Part shown: piece by piece, positions 13,478 through 25,768 of the stretch
Numbering within the stretch: position 1 is the stretch's first letter
Layout of the letters: every line of letters begins with the position of its first letter
From: Octopus vulgaris
Taxonomy: Eukaryota
Reading direction: 5' to 3'
Length of the DNA stretch: 64,000 nucleotides
Assembly (NCBI GenBank): GCA_951406725.2
Contig: OX597819.1
Coordinates: 133,238,001-133,302,000 of the forward strand
Notes under the pieces: generated by a model
What the model was told of the DNA's origin: nothing
Seen by the model: the letters and a program-made list of their open reading frames with translations, nothing else
The model's database searches: none
Made by a program: the position numbers and the translations under genes

Positions 13478-14333
13478 CAATAAATATGACGATAGAGGAT
13501 ATGGAGACTGGTCTATCTTAAAACTTTATTTCCTTTTATTATTTTATTATTTCATATTTTTATGGTTTCGACGATCTACACACGTTTCAACTGTATTGAG
13601 TATGGGCATTTGCATATGCAACCGGGCATAATTGCCTGTACAACTTTGTCCTGGGTATTTGAACCAGGTTGGCTCGAAGGGAAGTGAATTAATATAGTTG
13701 TTTATTGTTTAGGGGTCAGAGGAAAGTGAGGGGATGTTGTTTTGAATCTGATCTGTTGTAAACTTGTGGGCTTAACCTCGGTTTCACCGCAGTTGCTGGA
13801 CGAAGTCAGGATCCTGTCTAATTCGGTCAAAGCTTGCGTTATTGTTTTGGCGGGCTTCTTTGTGTGTTGTAGTGGATGGGTATTTAATAAGCTTCCTTCC
13901 AAGTACAGTCCTTGTAAAATATCTTAATTTAGGGCGGTTCATTTCCCTGTTATGTTCTTAGTTATTCAGATATTTTTGTGGCTGATATATCTATTATGTT
14001 GGGTAGTGGAAAGGAAAAGGAATATATATCAGATGATATATTCCTTTATAGAGTGTGACATTTTATGGTGACAAATCTCCCCCCATTTCTCCCTATGGTA
14101 CTCCACATATTCATAAAATGCTGTTAAAATTATTAACATTTCGAGAAAATTACATTACTGTCGTGAATTTAATGTTTTATTTCTGAAAAGGAAGCGATTT
14201 TAGTATTAATTTAAAGTAATTAATTAAATTTAATTTTAGTAATTAATTTAAAGAAAAAGGTCATGTAATTGGGGAGTTCAGGACATGTACTTCTATCTTT
14301 TCTTTCCCAGTCATCTGTGTGTTGTATATTGAG

Positions 14334-15514
14334 TTATCTACAACGTGTGTTAACTTTCTTAAGATGTAAGCATCTTAAGGCTTGTTCCAGCCTGCTATTC
14401 AGTAATTTGTGTTTCGTTCTAAAGATTTGGTACATTTCTTCTATACACAACTCACATCTATTTTCTCCTGTTCCAAAATCTATAACCGTATTAATCAACT
14501 CCCACTCTGTGGTAAAGCTATGGTTCCTATCTTAAGGAGCCGAATTAGTCTGCTCAAGCCCGTGCTGTTCATTTTCTTTCTATCTCTCAATGAATTTAAA
14601 TGATTAGCTCATCTGTTTTTGAAATTTAGTGAGCTGGCCCCTATATAGAAGTACGTCCTTCCCTCAAAAAATGATCTTACATCGATACACAAGGTTCGTC
14701 GTCAAACATCTAGTGCTTAATGGGCATACTTTATTTCTAGCACATTTACAGAAATTTATCTGATTCACTGCTCTTATTATCTATTGTGTTGTAGTTCCTG
14801 CTATGTCTCAGCAGTCCTCATTCTTATAGATATTCTATTTTACTAAGCATTCTATTCATAGGTATTTGTGGGCTGCTATTTCTAGTGATTCCCGCGCCAT
14901 GCTTTGTGGAGGTAGAGGCTTGTGTTGAAGCTGTCTTCCCTCGATTGCGGGCCCTTATTGTATTACCATCCTCCACTACTCTGTGTGTGATGTTTGTGTT
15001 AGTGTTCGAGTCCCTTTTGTTATTATTAACTATTCCTGCCCCTTCATCGGGTCGTTTTTCTTGTCTAGTTCACTATTTTCGTCGGTCATTCTGCGGTAAG
15101 ATAGTCTTCTCGCGCGGCGTGCTGCTATGATCTGCACTGGGTTACGGCTAGTGGAAAAGGCGATCCGGACGTGGTGCGTATTGAATATTCTATGGCATTT
15201 ACCAGACTTGGGAAAGTGCTTCTCGATTGCGGTGTAGAACTGCTTCAGAATGCTGCAAATTATTTGTTTCCCGAATCCAGCATTGTACCATAAAGTAGTT
15301 CTGAGATTCCTATTGCTTTTGGCAGTATTATATATTGTATGGCTGTTACTGTTAGGGCTTTTCCTTCTTCCGTTGTGGCTTTCCGCATGTCCGCGGCTCT
15401 GGCTACAGTTTTCCGTTGCAGTGTTTTGAGTATTGTACACCTGAGGTAGTTCACTTCACTTCTAATGCTCAGCACACTATTGCTTCTGCCGTTATTTCTA
15501 CTAAGTAATTCCAC
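14334..15514 (-). pseudogene. Older Penelope-like element remnant: linker plus GIY-YIG endonuclease
   Basis: Minus strand reads TTLWYNAGFGKQ..AIEKHFPKSGKCHRIFNTHHVRIAFS, then FCKCARNKVCPLSTRC..LVYRCK/..FYIGA..STGLSRLI..RCELCIEE..RCLH. Collinear with the young PLE protein; carries a stop and a frameshift. Confidence 0.85.
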
Positions 15515-15892
15515 TCAAGATTCCTTCGTGTTTGTATCTTGAACGAAGCTGTACAGAAGATTATGCACCGTTGTATATGCATCTGCCCGTACTCTGTGCA
15601 GAGGAAAAAAGTGTGGTTGGTCGTAACTATAAAAATCTGATGTATGACATTGCAAAATGAAAGAAAATAAATTTTGCCGATGCACCTGTCTCCGTATTCT
15701 CTATCGTTATGATTATCGTTAATGGAACACTCCAGACAATATTTACCATCAGGTGAAGCGAACACGGAATTACACATCGGAGGAATTGACAGAGGGACAA
15801 CTCTTGGTAGTCATAGACATTAGATACTAATCGATGCTGAGATCTACGACGCTATCCGCCACTATAATATATCCCTCTAAACTCATATATAT

Positions 15893-16175
15893 ATACAAAA
15901 TGAGAAAATGGAGAAATATATCTAAATCAATCATCACCTATCAGATAATACCCAATCAATACTTTATTAAACCACTACACAATAGCAATGATATTATACA
16001 TTAATATTGTACAAATATAACAAGACATAGAAATAGAAATAGAAATACATTTACATTGTAGCTGACAGCTGTTTCGGCCGTGAAGACAGGTATGTCCCAT
16101 TTAACCTATTAGCCATATAAAGCAGGTATAAATGAGACATTAACAAGAATGTCTCACGGCCTCTTCAGAGATGTT
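15893..16175 (-). mobile_element. Diverged pLTR fragment related to the young PLE
   Basis: tacaaaatgagaaaatggagaaatatatctaaatca... aligns with 16801 onward, through the hammerhead. Confidence 0.85.
16062..16170 (-). ncRNA. Hammerhead ribozyme (type I, extended stem II), older variant
   Basis: Reverse complement CT-CTGAAGA-GGCCGTG...CACGGCC-GAAAC-AGCT-GTC-AG; intact core. Confidence 0.8.
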
Positions 16176-16535
16176 AATGCAAGTATGAGTACAAATCCTA
16201 AAAAAAATACATATAAATATACATATGTGTGCATACACACTCATATTCTTACATACATATATATACACAATAATACAATATAAACAATATACATCAATAT
16301 ACATCAACAAACACAATAATGTTCCATATTGAACTCCACAGTTCCTCAACCAACATCAAGAAACCACAACAGATACACTCACACTCAAAGCAGGCATATA
16401 TATTAAACGGTCCAATATATTACTAAAATGTGTCATTTCACAAAAAGTCAATAAAATTAATATCACCACGACGGTACCATCCAATGCAAGCGGACATCCG
16501 CATATATACGCAATCAGTCGAATTTCTCTGCCCGC

Positions 16536-16538
<3 letters not shown>

Positions 16539-16628
<90 letters not shown>
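16539..16628. repeat. (TA)n microsatellite, left target of the PLE
   Basis: Directly visible; the right junction at 28243 also runs into (TA)n. Confidence 0.95.
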
Positions 16629-16632
<4 letters not shown>

Positions 16633-17002
16633 AATGAGATAGGGGTTGAAAATTCAACCCACCATGGGATAATATATATCCAATATACTGCTAGATAGGT
16701 ACCCAACAAAATTAATACATAGATGTTAAAAATTGTCAAGCAATCAGTTCATCTATTGTATTAAATGGGTAAAGGTAATAATATTACCGTAAATTAATAC
16801 TACAAAATTAGAGAATGGAGAAACATACTTAAATCAGTAAAACATCAACTATCCGATGATACTCAATCCATACTTTAATACACCATTACATATGAGTAAA
16901 GGCAATATATAAAATGAAATGAGATATACAGTAATAGTAAAAGTAAAAAGATAAAGAGATATAAGTAAAAAATTTCAAATATAATATGCAAATAAATCAA
17001 AA

Positions 17003-17110
17003 CTGACAGCTGTTTCGGCAGTGAGGACAGTCATACCTCATTTAACCTATAAGCCATAAAGGCAGGTATAAATGAGGCATTAACAAGGATGCCCCACGGC
17101 CTCTTCAGAG
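17003..17110 (-). ncRNA. Hammerhead ribozyme in the 3' pLTR
   Basis: Reverse complement of 27928-28035. Confidence 0.8.
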
Positions 17111-17451
17111 AATTAAATTAAATTTGTTATAATAGTGAAAAATATTATATAATCATATACATATAAATATAAAAATATAAAAATGTAAAATATAAAAACT
17201 TATACATCATAATGCTACACTTATATAATATAATACACATTTGTACAAAAAGGAAGGTAAACAGAACAAAATAAAACAAAATATATAACAGTGTATATAT
17301 TAATATTAATAAGTACCGATATTATACATATTTGGCTAATAGTTTTTTTTATAAAAAAAAAGGGCTAACACATATGGAGATGAAAAATAATAATTAAATC
17401 CGTGGTACAGTTCATAAAATTCTAAAGCTATAAAAGTTAATAAAAATTACT

Positions 17452-17504
<53 letters not shown>

Positions 17505-19248
17505 GAATAATAATAATAATAAAAAAATACTAAAAATAGATACAGTTAAGTTAGTACCAAGTCCATCCTTTCAAGATCGAAATAACTATGAGTTAAGAAA
17601 TGCTGACCACTAGGTAAAGAAAATTTAGATTAATTCGATTGGCTATTGGTTTGAAATTTAAATCACAAAAGAAAATTATACGGTTGGTTAGTCAAGGAAC
17701 GCCAATATTCACACACGCATCTACAGATCAATCGCACATACACACATAGTTATATGTATATACATACACTTATACACATACACAATCACAAGCAACAACT
17801 AGCACTTAGATAAACAAAAAAGGGAAGCAACTATGCTAACACTTAGTCCTTCAAAATTATAACTGAGCCTCAATAACAAAAAAGAACCATCCATGCATTC
17901 TATAAAATATTTAATTTAGATATAAATATATTTATAAATATCAGTATGTTACTAATTCAGATAATTATTTCATGGGTAACTTAAAATTTATAACACCGGT
18001 TTGTTACAGAGTAAACATACGGTTGTTAGGTTTATCGTAAGTTTGTTATGATTTTAAGTACGCTAAATTATAAAATATAAAATATAAAATATATATTAAT
18101 TTAAATATTATAAATAAGTCACTTATTAACTTAATAAATATAGTGCCATAATATACCAGTTTAGGCATTAAAGAATAGAAGGGGAAGTATTAATGTAAAC
18201 GCTTATGAGAACATCACAGAAATTTTAAATAAATTTTATATTATAAAGACTTAAGATGAAAAGAGATAAAATAAATAAAAAGGAATAAATACGAAGGAAT
18301 AAATACGGTTATACACATAATTATAAGTACAAACTAGTATATATGTATTCATATATTATTAAAATTAAATAAAAATAAATGATAGATATGTATGTATAAA
18401 ACTACACCAGTATAAGTAAATAAGTAAAAAATAAATAGGTAACAAATTAGATGACTTGATATGTATGTAAACATCTACACTTAAATAGGCAAATAAATAA
18501 ATGAATAGAAGACTAGATGCAAAGATTGATAATATTACAATAAAATGGGAAATAAATAAAAATAAATAAAGTGAATATATATATTTTATATTGTTGAAAG
18601 TAAATATGTATGGAAGGATAGTTTAAAGTACAGATCCAGAGGACTATAGATATAAACTAAATATATGAGGCTGGTAATAATTATAAAGCAAAATGCATGT
18701 AAATGAGAAAATGAAAAAAAAATGAAAAAGGTTTATCAGTGAATAGCATAAGATACAAATTAAGGTGAGTACAAAAAGACCAAATATATAATAAAAACCT
18801 TCCAAATAAACACATACAAAAAACCTATAATCTCAACCTAAACCCACCAAACTCACAAAAGGCTCTCATATATTACATATTATACAATATCATTACATTA
18901 TCTAGAGCTAGGTATCTAACCAAGATATACATATATACTATGCAATATACTATGCAATATTGGAAAACTTCAAAAATCACACATTACAAGGCAAATACCA
19001 AAATGAATATGTTATTTTATGTCATATTGCATTTCTCTTAAAAAAAAAAAAAACAAACAAAAACCCACATACAAAAACCAAGAAACCAATAATACTAGAC
19101 ACATCCATTAATTATTATACAAATGTAGCTATAAAAATTATAAAATTATGAAATTTATAAATTGTATACTTTAGAATTATAGAAGACCACAGGTATATTT
19201 AGTTAAAGAAGGGAATTAAAAAATTAATAATAGTGGAAGTGCTAAGTT

Positions 19249-20560
19249 CTATTTGAATCTAGAAAAGGTGAACGGTAGCCTATGAATACAAAAGAAGTTT
19301 TTCTCATTAATGTTGTTAATAATTTGCCGACCCGCTTTAATAATGAAGAAAATTTCATTAATACATAGAGAGCATTTTTTATTTTTTCCATTATACACAG
19401 GTGCTGAAGTTAGTATTTTCCAGTTTAATCTAAAATCTAAGTTCTTACTTTTAAGTTCCCAAATGTATGCACTTAGCCCTGTAGAGTACATTCTATTTTT
19501 ATTCCTAAAAGTATATCTGTGATAATTCCATCTTTGTTTTATGCTATTCATAGTTGCCCCGATATACACCCTACTACTCAATTGTGTATCTACAGTGCAT
19601 TGGTAAACTACCTCCTTCCTGAGGCATTGATTACCAAATACACATTTATTTTTATTTCTGCAATTACAAAGATTAACAGAATGAGGAAATCTAAGATTGG
19701 ACACCACCCCTATACTACTATTCACATTATAAGTGTTACAATTGTTATCATCATCCAAACCCAAAATCAACGAATGAGTTAATTTCACATTATCGGCTAT
19801 ATTCCTATCACTAGTACTAGTATTGGTAGTAGTAGTATGATCTATTACATTTATATTATCTCTGACAGGTATGGTGCACTCATTATTAGTAAGGAGGTTG
19901 TTCCCATTTGTTCCAAGAAAATTTCTATTCCTATTATTAATGAAGAGGGGCAAGTTTTCCTGGTCTAAATTCAATTTTCTATCCTTATAGAAGTGATCCA
20001 GTTTCTTGTTATTAAAAGAGGAGATAATGGTGGCTAGATTATGAGTAATGCTATATCCCACTCTAACAGTACCGTTGTTAATTAAAGGACTAAATTTATT
20101 CCTATCCTTACCAAAATGCCTAAAAATAACATTATGCAAAGCTCTCACTATGTTTGTTTTAATCTGCATTGCATACGGGATAATCAACCAAAGAGTATCC
20201 TTATCAGAATTAGGATTGCCTATAGAATTAATGTTATTTGTAAAAATCCTATTCGTAGACCAACTCATAGGATTACTATTCTTACCACTGTTATTATTAT
20301 ATCTATCTATATCAATATTACCATGGTTATTGCGCAAGTAAACTTTACCAATATCATGTCTACCATAAGTTTTAATTCGTATATTATTATTAATATTACT
20401 ACTATTACCCGTATGCTTAGATCTATTTGAGCTACCGTTCACCTTTCCAAGGTTAACGTCACTTCTACATTTATTATAGGTGTTATCATATATTCTATTT
20501 TTACTATTCTTATGTATATTGTTGATTATCCTAAATCTATTTGTGTTGTTCCTGATAGTT
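19249..20560 (-). CDS. PLE polyprotein C-terminal part: Asn-rich linker, Cys motif, GIY-YIG endonuclease (frameshifted from the RT)
   Basis: CNCRNKNKCVFGNQC (CxCx5Cx5C), VVY..VYIG, KQRWNYH, LSAYIWELK, CSLCINE, CIH. Confidence 0.9.
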
Positions 20561-20710
20561 CTACCTACATTAGGGGGTTCCCCTTAGGTATAAACCAAAT
20601 CTTACTTTTATATCCTGCCTTAAGTAATGCTGCATTGTATCTATCACAGTGTTTGTTAAAAATTTCCTCGTTTGAGGATAAACTAGAAATTCTCTGACTA
20701 ATGCTACGCA

Positions 20711-22090
20711 CTAGTGCATTTTTAATTTGAGGGGGTGATTACTAGAACGGTTAATGTATATTAGGTTAGAATTAGGTTTAATATAGGGTTCATGTAAACC
20801 ATTAGTAATGTTACAATTAACATCTAAATAATTAGCAGAATAATTTTCACTTTCAATGATAATGGATAGGCCGAAGCTTTTAAAAAATTTATTTATTCTT
20901 TTTTTCAGAAGATCTAATCTCCTATTTGATGTATTCCTAACACAAAATAAGGCGTCATCCCTGTATAATCCACCTTTTAATTCAGGGAATTCCCTACTAA
21001 AGTTATCTAATAGATACATCCCAACTAGATCAGTCACCTCCGCTGAGTCCGGCGATCCCATTGTGATATCGAACAAGTTGGGTGTGTCCTTTCTAGCCCA
21101 AAGTTTATTATCAAACTCTATTAAAGTTTTCCTGGCTGTTAGTATAATCTTAATCTCCCCCATACTTAATTTAGTGTGTTTTCTAGCAAAAATTAAGGAC
21201 TTATTTAATATAATAGGGTTAATTGAAGTGTAGTAATTCTGTATATCGAATTGTATAAATTTATTTCTATTATAGCTAAAGTTGTTACTGTCACAGACCT
21301 TAATGGTAGAAAACCAATCCAAAGCACCCTGAGTATTCTTCCAAAGGTTTAGTTTGATTTTATTGCGGATGGTGGGTAGATATTTATCTAGAATGAGTTT
21401 ACTTAGTCTGCCTAAGTCAGATTTAGTGGGGCAAATTAATCTGACCTGTGTGTTTCCAAGAAAATTCTCTTTATGATCCTTTAGTGTAATTCTCGGTCTG
21501 GATGGGGTGTAGGGTTCCGTTTTTTCTTCTAGGTAGTAGTCAAATATGATTTCTCTGATCTCCAGGTTCAGTTTTCTAAGTGTACTAGAAGGTACTACTT
21601 TGTATTTCTTGGTTATTTCCTTGTGTAGAAGATCATGATATGCAGTAATGTCAATGTTGTAGATGTTGTTGGTTTTGTCAGAATGTGTTAGAATGCCGCT
21701 CTTACCTTTGAGAGTTCTAATTAAGTCTTTCAATTCTCTTTGGTGCGGGTTATATCTTAAAGGATGATTTCTAAATTTTATGTTTTTTACAGTCTCCCAT
21801 AGTTCTTGTTCAAAATTGTCTAGATGTATATTTGGTGGAGGAGACTTTCTAGATTTAAATGTAGTGCCTGTTAGTTTTAATATTTCTTCATAGGTGCTTC
21901 CAATTCCATTACGGATCGTTTCCCCAGTGTGTTGTTGGTTTATTTTATTATTATAGTTCTCATGGTGGAAAATCCTCCATCTGATCCTATGGATGAATTC
22001 ATTCATTCTATAAATTAGTTCTTTAGTGTAATGGTCTTTGGTAGGGATAGGTACATCCTTCATTGATGAATTGATCAGTATTTTCTCCAT
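20711..22090 (-). CDS. PLE reverse transcriptase (first ATG at 22090; frameshift after SSNHP)
   Basis: SDKTNNIY, RITLKDHKENF, FIQFDIQNYYTSI, ITMGSPDSAEVTDLVG, LYRDDAL, NYLDV, YIKPN..YINRSSNHP. Confidence 0.93.
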   Translation of the reverse strand: MEKILINSSMKDVPIPTKDHYTKELIYRMNEFIHRIRWRIFHHENYNNKINQQHTGETIRNGIGSTYEEILKLTGTTFKSRKSPPPNIHLDNFEQELWETVKNIKFRNHPLRYNPHQRELKDLIRTLKGKSGILTHSDKTNNIYNIDITAYHDLLHKEITKKYKVVPSSTLRKLNLEIREIIFDYYLEEKTEPYTPSRPRITLKDHKENFLGNTQVRLICPTKSDLGRLSKLILDKYLPTIRNKIKLNLWKNTQGALDWFSTIKVCDSNNFSYNRNKFIQFDIQNYYTSINPIILNKSLIFARKHTKLSMGEIKIILTARKTLIEFDNKLWARKDTPNLFDITMGSPDSAEVTDLVGMYLLDNFSREFPELKGGLYRDDALFCVRNTSNRRLDLLKKRINKFFKSFGLSIIIESENYSANYLDVNCNITNGLHEPYIKPNSNLIYINRSSNHPLKLKMH

Positions 22091-22230
22091 TCTTCTAGCA
22101 GTAATGATCAAAGGAACAAATATACTACACTAGGGTGTATTCACATGCACTATTAATATTTAAATCAATAAATGGATGCTTATATTACACCAGTATGAGC
22201 AATTCAGGTTCCTCAAAAGATAAATTTAGG

Positions 22231-23056
22231 TTATAAAATGAGATAGGGGTTGAAAATTCAACCCACCATGGGATAATATATATCCAATATACTGCTAGAT
22301 AGGTACCCAACAAAATTAATACATAGATGTTAAAAATTGTCAAGCAATCAGTTCATCTATTGTATTAAATGGGTAAAGGTAATAATATTACCGTAAATTA
22401 ATACTACAAAATTAGAGAATGGAGAAACATACTTAAATCAGTAAAACATCAACTATCCGATGATACTCAATCCATACTTTAATACACCATTACATATGAG
22501 TAAAGGCAATATATAAAATGAAATGAGATATACAGTAATAGTAAAAGTAAAAAGATAAAGAGATATAAGTAAAAAATTTCAAATATAATATGCAAATAAA
22601 TCAAAACTGACAGCTGTTTCGGCAGTGAGGACAGTCATACCTCATTTAACCTATAAGCCATAAAGGCAGGTATAAATGAGGCATTAACAAGGATGCCCCA
22701 CGGCCTCTTCAGAGAATTAAATTAAATTTGTTATAATAGTGAAAAATATTATATAATCATATACATATAAATATAAAAATATAAAAATGTAAAATATAAA
22801 AACTTATACATCATAATGCTACACTTATATATAATATAATACACATTTGTACAAAAAGGAAGGTAAACAGAACAAAATAAAACAAAATATATAACAGTGT
22901 ATATATTAATATTAATAAGTACCGATATTATACATATTTGGCTAATAGTTTTTTTTTAAAAAAAAAGGGCTAACACATATGGAGATGAAAAATAATAATT
23001 AAATCCGTGGTACAGTTCATAAAATTCTAAAGCTATAAAAGTTAATAAAAATTACT

Positions 23057-23118
<62 letters not shown>

Positions 23119-23513
23119 GAATAATAATAATAAAAAAATACTAAAAATAGATACAGTTAAGTTAGTACCAAGTCCATCCTTTCAAGATCGAAATAACTAT
23201 GAGTTAAGAAATGCTGACCACTAGGTAAAGAAAATTTAGATTAATTCGATTGGCTATTGGTTTGAAATTTAAATCACAAAAGAAAATTATACGGTTGGTT
23301 AGTCAAGGAACGCCAATATTCACACACGCATCTACAGATCAATCGCACATACACACATAGTTATATGTATATACATACACTTATACACATACACAATCAC
23401 AAGCAACAACTAGCACTTAGATAAACAAAAAAGGGAAGCAACTATGCTAACACTTAGTCCTTCAAAATTATAACTGAGCCTCAATAACAAAAAAAGAACC
23501 ATCCATGCATTCT
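22231..23513 (-). repeat. 5' pseudo-LTR (direct repeat of 16628-17901)
   Basis: Both begin ttataaaatgagataggggttg and match to ccatgcattct, apart from homopolymer and (TAA)n length differences. Confidence 0.95.
22607..22714 (-). ncRNA. Hammerhead ribozyme in the 5' pLTR, ~520 nt upstream of the RT ATG
   Basis: Same sequence as 17003-17110. Confidence 0.8.
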
Positions 23514-24307
23514 CATCCAGACCGAGAATTACACTAAAGGATCATAAAGAGAATTTTCTTGGAAACACACAGGTCAGATTAATTTGCCCCACTAAATCTG
23601 ACTTAGGCAGACTAAGTAAACTCATTCTAGATAAATATCTACCCACCATCCGCAATAAAATCAAACTAAACCTTTGGAAGAATACTCAGGGTGCTTTGGA
23701 TTGGTTTTCTACCATTAAGGTCTGTGACAGTAACAACTTTAGCTATAATAGAAATAAATTTATACAATTCGATATACAGAATTACTACACTTCAATTAAC
23801 CCTATTATATTAAATAAGTCCTTAATTTTTGCTAGAAAACACACTAAATTAAGTATGGGGGAGATTAAGATTATACTAACAGCCAGGAAAACTTTAATAG
23901 AGTTTGATAATAAACTTTGGGCTAGAAAGGACACACCCAACTTGTTCGATATCACAATGGGATCGCCGGACTCAGCGGAGGTGACTGATCTAGTTGGGAT
24001 GTATCTATTAGATAACTTTAGTAGGGAATTCCCTGAATTAAAAGGTGGATTATACAGGGATGACGCCTTATTTTGTGTTAGGAATACATCAAATAGGAGA
24101 TTAGATCTTCTGAAAAAAAGAATAAATAAATTTTTTAAAAGCTTCGGCCTATCCATTATCATTGAAAGTGAAAATTATTCTGCTAATTATTTAGATGTTA
24201 ATTGTAACATTACTAATGGTTTACATGAACCCTATATTAAACCTAATTCTAACCTAATATACATTAACCGTTCTAGTAATCACCCCCTCAAATTAAAAAT
24301 GCACTAG
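23514..24307 (+). pseudogene. 5'-truncated PLE RT
   Basis: Starts within PSRPRITLKDHK; contains YRDD; same frameshift after SSNHP. Confidence 0.9.
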
Positions 24308-24439
24308 TGCGTAGCATTAGTCAGAGAATTTCTAGTTTATCCTCAAACGAGGAAATTTTTAACAAACACTGTGATAGATACAATGCAGCATTACTTAAGG
24401 CAGGATATAAAAGTAAGATTTGGTTTATACCTAAGGGGA

Positions 24440-25768
24440 ACCCCTAATGTAGGTAGAACTATCAGGAACAACACAAATAGATTTAGGATAATCAACAATA
24501 TACATAAGAATAGTAAAAATAGAATATATGATAACACCTATAATAAATGTAGAAGTGACGTTAACCTTGGAAAGGTGAACGGTAGCTCAAATAGATCTAA
24601 GCATACGGGTAATAGTAGTAATATTAATAATAATATACGAATTAAAACTTATGGTAGACATGATATTGGTAAAGTTTACTTGCGCAATAACCATGGTAAT
24701 ATTGATATAGATAGATATAATAATAACAGTGGTAAGAATAGTAATCCTATGAGTTGGTCTACGAATAGGATTTTTACAAATAACATTAATTCTATAGGCA
24801 ATCCTAATTCTGATAAGGATACTCTTTGGTTGATTATCCCGTATGCAATGCAGATTAAAACAAACATAGTGAGAGCTTTGCATAATGTTATTTTTAGGCA
24901 TTTTGGTAAGGATAGGAATAAATTTAGTCCTTTAATTAACAACGGTACTGTTAGAGTGGGATATAGCATTACTCATAATCTAGCCACCATTATCTCCTCT
25001 TTTAATAACAAGAAACTGGATCACTTCTATAAGGATAGAAAATTGAATTTAGACCAGGAAAACTTGCCCCTCTTCATTAATAATAGGAATAGAAATTTTC
25101 TTGGAACAAATGGGAACAACCTCCTTACTAATAATGAGTGCACCATACCTGTCAGAGATAATATAAATGTAATAGATCATACTACTACTACCAATACTAG
25201 TACTAGTGATAGGAATATAGCCGATAATGTGAAATTAACTCATTCGTTGATTTTGGGTTTGGATGATGATAACAATTGTAACACTTATAATGTGAATAGT
25301 AGTATAGGGGTGGTGTCCAATCTTAGATTTCCTCATTCTGTTAATCTTTGTAATTGCAGAAATAAAAATAAATGTGTATTTGGTAATCAATGCCTCAGGA
25401 AGGAGGTAGTTTACCAATGCACTGTAGATACACAATTGAGTAGTAGGGTGTATATCGGGGCAACTATGAATAGCATAAAACAAAGATGGAATTATCACAG
25501 ATATACTTTTAGGAATAAAAATAGAATGTACTCTACAGGGCTAAGTGCATACATTTGGGAACTTAAAAGTAAGAACTTAGATTTTAGATTAAACTGGAAA
25601 ATACTAACTTCAGCACCTGTGTATAATGGAAAAAATAAAAAATGCTCTCTATGTATTAATGAAATTTTCTTCATTATTAAAGCGGGTCGGCAAATTATTA
25701 ACAACATTAATGAGAAAAACTTCTTTTGTATTCATAGGCTACCGTTCACCTTTTCTAGATTCAAATAG
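24440..25768 (+). CDS. PLE linker plus GIY-YIG endonuclease (part of the truncated copy)
   Basis: Identical to the 19249-20442 product over the shared span. Confidence 0.85.
   Translation, partial: TPNVGRTIRNNTNRFRIINNIHKNSKNRIYDNTYNKCRSDVNLGKVNGSSNRSKHTGNSSNINNNIRIKTYGRHDIGKVYLRNNHGNIDIDRYNNNSGKNSNPMSWSTNRIFTNNINSIGNPNSDKDTLWLIIPYAMQIKTNIVRALHNVIFRHFGKDRNKFSPLINNGTVRVGYSITHNLATIISSFNNKKLDHFYKDRKLNLDQENLPLFINNRNRNFLGTNGNNLLTNNECTIPVRDNINVIDHTTTTNTSTSDRNIADNVKLTHSLILGLDDDNNCNTYNVNSSIGVVSNLRFPHSVNLCNCRNKNKCVFGNQCLRKEVVYQCTVDTQLSSRVYIGATMNSIKQRWNYHRYTFRNKNRMYSTGLSAYIWELKSKNLDFRLNWKILTSAPVYNGKNKKCSLCINEIFFIIKAGRQIINNINEKNFFCIHRLPFTFSRFK

Larger units (their letters stand above)
16628..23513 (-). 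mobile_element. Penelope-like element, near full length, with upstream tandem pLTR
   Basis: RT plus GIY-YIG coding region. 22231-23513 is a near-identical direct repeat of 16628-17901. Hammerhead in both repeats; ~2.6-kb AT-rich 3' region. Confidence 0.95.

Noticed and set aside
14590-14640. In-frame TGA in the old PLE as possible selenocysteine
   Set aside because: Aligns to Trp (KQRW) in the young copy, so a TGG-to-TGA decay mutation is the simpler explanation.
19310-21233. Plus-strand ORFs over the PLE (mirrored at 23785-25707)
   Set aside because: Antisense shadows of the RT/EN frame.
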